Source: Anthoceros angustus (taxonomy: Eukaryota > Plantae > Anthocerotophyta). From it: a stretch of DNA of 64,000 nt. This document shows positions 59,997 through 64,000 of the stretch, piece after piece; the stretch's first letter is position 1; each line of letters begins with the position of its first letter. The position numbers and the translations under genes are program-made. Location: contig VJWM01000116.1 of the NCBI GenBank assembly GCA_010909165.1, positions 434,001 through 498,000 on the forward strand. Direction: 5' to 3'. A model generated the notes under the pieces. The model made no database searches. It saw nothing but the letters and a program-made list of their open reading frames with translations, and was not told the DNA's origin.

Positions 59997-60070
59997 ATTC
60001 ACCATAGTTGCACTTCAACTCAGAATCCTTTACTGCCTATTGAAATTTTGTTGCGTTCCTAGCAAGAGGC

Positions 60071-61017
60071 TGCTGTATAGTAAAGTCCCTTTTCTTTCCT
60101 CAGTGCTAATCAACTGTAGACCTACTGCATGTTTAACACCTCATGTAACGACGTGCACGGGCCACAGTATCACCCACTGTTGAAAACGCCGGAGGCCGCT
60201 GTATAATAAAGTCCCATTCTTTCCGCCGCTGTATAATAAAGTCCCATTCTTTCCTCAGAGCTGTTGATCTGTATACTAACTGCATGTTTAACACCTTATG
60301 TAACTACTTGCCCAGGCGACGGTAACAGCCATAGTTGGCAACAGATAATTTATTGTAACGATATCACCTAAACAGTAACAAAGCTTGCTTGAGTGCTTTG
60401 CAAGAAAGCTCCATGCAGAGGCATGTTTAGAAGAGCAGCTTACTAAGAGCATGTTAAGTATGCAGCCCTAGGAAGTGTGTGGTAGTAAATAATAGCTTAA
60501 AGCTTAAGTAAGTAGTTACTAAGATTGTAGCTAGGGCTTGAGTATAAAAGGAGACCCAGCCCTGGGCTAAAGAAAGTTCAGTTCAGTATCCTCTAAAAGC
60601 CTTGAGAGCACTTGTTGCTTGGGCTGTGAGCACCTAAGGGGAGTGCTATGAAGGAGCTTTGTGGAGGAGGTCAGGTGAAGGGAGAACTAAGCTCCTAGCT
60701 TAGGCAAAGATGGGGAGTTCTCTCTAGCCCTCCAAACAGATGTTCTTGTTGACTCGTGGTTTGAGAATAAAGAGCAGCGGCAAGGGTGCTGTCTGCGAGT
60801 CCTCCTAGAAGAGGAGGGCGGGCTACTTGGAGGCCTAGTGCTGTGTCTGGTGCTGATTTATTACTCTGGTTTTGCTTCTAACTGCGTGGTTTTCCCCACC
60901 CCGTTGAAGAGGGGGTGTTACTTCTACATGTTTAACACCTTATGTAACTACTTGCCCAGGCGACGGTAACAGCCATAGTTGGCAATAGATTATTTATTGT
61001 AACAATATCACCTAAAC
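60071..61017. repeat. Local direct-repeat complex downstream of the kelch gene, including a 91-bp pair at 60283-60373 and 60927-61017
   Basis: GCTGTATA(G/A)TAAAGTCCC three times; CATGTTTAACACCT three times; the 91-bp pair differs at 3 positions. Confidence 0.85.
60374..60922 (+). mobile_element. Solo-LTR-like element, 549 bp
   Basis: Terminal inverted AGTAACA..TGTTACT; TATA-like GTATAAAAGG at ~60542; AATAAA at ~60766; GGGGGTGTTAC end resembling plant LTR ends. Confidence 0.6.
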
Positions 61018-61439
61018 CCATCTTCTGAACACCGATATAAATTGCTGAAAATTTAACATCAAATGCTGGAAATTGATGACCAGATTCCCACTATTCTCAT
61101 GGTCCGACTTCAGGGTTGATAGACCCCAAGCTCATATAGCTACCGAACCCTTATCTTCCCCGTATCTGGCTTATCACCATTTCCTTCATTTATCTTGTTG
61201 TTCACACTCCAGGGTCTGTGCAGTGCAGTGAGTGAAACGCAGCAAAAGACAAGCGCCTTCTTCAATGTACAGAGCGGTGTTATACAATATTGATTTGATT
61301 TATGAATTACTCTTGAATTTAAATTTTTCTCGACAAATATTTTGACACTTTTCAAGTTTGAACATCATAGATAGGATGAAGAAGAAGAAAAAGAATCTAT
61401 TATTGTCCACTTGGACAAAATTTTACATTGAACTCTGTT

Positions 61440-62460
61440 AGAGTTTCATATGGAGGATGCTAGTTGGATTGCCATATGGAGGATGCTAGTAGTTATAATT
61501 ATACAATAATGAGTAAGAAGGCCATATGGAGGAAGCCAAATTTTCATGCTCGGATTCACATCTCACCACCTCACTTTAGTCAAGATAATTTATTTTATTT
61601 ATGAAAATCATATAATTTCCCTTCCAAGATGATGTAGATTACCAAGCTTATCTCGGACTGACACCTTACCACTTCACTTTAGTCAAGATTACTTATTTTA
61701 TTCATCAAAATCATATAATTTCTATTCCAAGATAATGTAGGACACCAAGCTTGTAGCTGTGAAAAACTAGTGCCTTCCAAATGGCCGATGCGGGTTCGAT
61801 TCCGGTCCCTCCATCTGGAGGATGCCAGTGGTTACAGCTATACAACAACAAGAGTAAGAAAATTGTGTAATTTTATTTTTCTTATAAGCAAAGATCATTT
61901 TATCTATTTATTTTTTAAAAGTCCTACCACCTTAGTACCTCATCTCAATCAAAATTACATATTTTATTTATCAAAATCATGTCATTTCTTTTCCGAGACG
62001 ATGTAGAGCACTAAGCTTGTTTTAGTATGGCTGTTGATATGCTGGTAAACCCTAAGCAGTTAAACTTCAAAGCTTTTATGTATCTCTGTCATATCAGTCC
62101 CATGACAGGAATTCCATCTTTAGTAGGATTTAATATTTTCTTTTCTTCTAATCTGCTCTCCAAGTGGTTGACGTGGGTTCAATTCTAGTCTATGGCATGT
62201 TGATGTGGTGCCCTCTATGTGGCCGACGCGTGTTCGATTCCGTGTAGGCCACGTGGAGAATGCCAGTTACAGGCATACAACAATGAGTAAGACAAGTTTA
62301 TGATTTCTTTTCCTTATCAACCCAAGATCATAAGAATATCATGGCTATATAATTAAACCATATGGAGGCAAAGATCATAAGAACATCTTTACTATATAAT
62401 CAAACCGTCCGGAGGTTTGGGAGATGCCAGTTAGAGCTATGCAACAATGAGTAAGGAAAC
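61440..62460 (+). repeat. Degenerate tandem array with tRNA-Gly(TCC)-derived 3' halves and a shared downstream tail
   Basis: GCCTTCCAA..GATGCGGGTTCGATTCC at 61772-61803; related copies at 62153-62197 and 62209-62251; tail GGAG(G/A)ATGCCAGT..ATACAACAATGAGTAAG at about 61477, 61816, 62254 and 62418. Confidence 0.6.
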
Positions 62461-62599
62461 TCTATGTTTTGTTTTTTGCTTTTCAAGCATAGAATATAAC
62501 AAAGAAACATCATGGCTTTCCTAGGACAGAAAAAATTCCATCCAAGTGGATTATAAAAGACTTCTTCCTCTTCTTTTATATAATAAAAATAAGAATATT

Positions 62600-64000
62600 C
62601 TCCCAAAACCATTTAGAACATGAAAGTCACATAGTCACATTGATATCCTCCTTCGAATCCTCATCAATGGCCGTCCTCATCAATGGCCGCCAGGGTTGTA
62701 AAATAGTCATGGTGTACTCGCGAGCAAAGTCAAGAGCAACTCACAAGCAACTCTTGAAGGGGTTCTTTTTAGGACGGCAGAGCAGAGTCCCAGCGTACTC
62801 TAGAATGACTCCTTTTAGTATGGAAACGACATAAGTGATGCAGCCTCGACAACCTTAGCAATTAGTGGCATATAGGCCATTCAATCTAGGCATATGCCTA
62901 GTTAGGACATAGTAGGAGATGCGTTAGGTGACTTTAACCACGGAGTTTAGTTGCTCTTTGTTTGGGCCTCTTTTGTCCTCCGGTAGATGGGCTGACCCCA
63001 CCCCTATGAAGTACACAATTCCTCCTGTTAGTGACGGTGACGGTTGCGTGCTGAAATGGTGGGCTCACCCCATCTCTCCTCCCTCGATGAAGTGCACAAG
63101 TCCTCCTGATTCGGACGGTTGGTGTGCGAAGACCACGTTCTTTGTCTACCCCAGCTTGTGGAACACCAGCGTACCTTCGAAGCTCTTCGATCAGCCTGGG
63201 TGTGGAATGCCCCCGGAGGATGCGCTCAGAGTATGCCAGAGGAACGCTCAAGGTCAGTGAAGTCAAAAATTTGTTTCCTTGCCGGGCCACAGGTCCCGTT
63301 CTCAGTTCAGGGCAAGCTGACGACTTTTAGACAGTTACACCCGATGCAGACTGTAAGTCCCTTTCATAATGTGACGGGAAAATACTGGGACAAGGCAATC
63401 CACATCTTCCGACAATTTCCAGATCACGATACCGGAAGATGGTTGACCAATTCCAGCTACTCCCAATCCTGACGCGACTTCTACAGGTCCAGGTCCTGCT
63501 ACTAAAACCGCGAACCCTTGCCTCCTCACAACTTGGATTCTCACCACGTTGTTTCTCATACTATTTCCACGTAATAATTGCCATCACCTGGGGAAAAGCT
63601 CCACAACCAGCTGGTCTGAATCGAGGCCAATCCACCACAACCTGAATGTTCCTCTACCTGCCCTCCAAACCAGACTGCCACTTCACTTCTAGTGGTTTGA
63701 TTTGAGATTCTCATCCAGAACAACCACTCCGCCAGTTAGGTGTTTAACAGAGCAGGCTGATAGCCAACGCACAAGCAACTTGTTGATGGACGCAACAGTG
63801 AGAACCAAGCGCATCTGAGCTGCCTGAGGAAATACAGACGGCCAAACCGCACGTCCAGAGCCAGAGGTAAAACAACCAAGCTGCGTGCTTTCAAACAGCA
63901 AGGACCTGACCTGAAGTTCTAATAAAGGGATAAACTAAGCATCATAAGAAAACTACATAACGGTAGAGCACGCCAGTACACAAACCCACAACAAAATTGA
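62600..64000 (-). mobile_element. Heavily degenerate TE-like coding remnant, family unassigned
   Basis: Near-open Trp-rich frame riddled with TAG/TGA stops and small tandem duplications; no diagnostic motif recognised. Confidence 0.3.

Noticed and set aside
61741-61813. Functional tRNA-Gly gene
   Set aside because: The acceptor stem and D-arm cannot be paired, and the anticodon and T stems have mismatches; kept only as a tRNA-derived repeat.

Overview
Eukaryotic nuclear DNA from a land plant. Compact genes with mostly ~80-110 nt introns plus the transposon types present suggest a seed-free lineage (lycophyte, fern or bryophyte); this is an inference. Intact spliced genes: a PHD/ePHD Jade-like gene, DDW1-like (WAC-DDT-WHIM-WSD), KEEP ON GOING, a selenoprotein-K-like Cys homologue, IES2/INO80B, OEP24 and a kelch-repeat/coiled-coil gene. 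An OBERON-like PHD gene has one unresolved frame break, and only the first 8 codons of a histone H3 fall inside the window at the left edge. Between these islands lie: a repeat-rich transposon graveyard (0.4-9.5 kb); a collapsed 2-oxoglutarate dioxygenase with a palindrome near its deletion junction; a POL5/MYBBP1A pseudogene split by a young 5.04-kb Copia (non-canonical TG..TA LTRs, one stop codon); a decayed Sola-like DDD transposon region with three diverged copies of one domain; a Copia gag remnant; a solo LTR; and a decayed tandem array of tRNA-Gly-derived units. Several promoters appear to keep only a 5' stub of a divergent partner gene. All assignments rest on manual translation and motif recall; no database searches were run.
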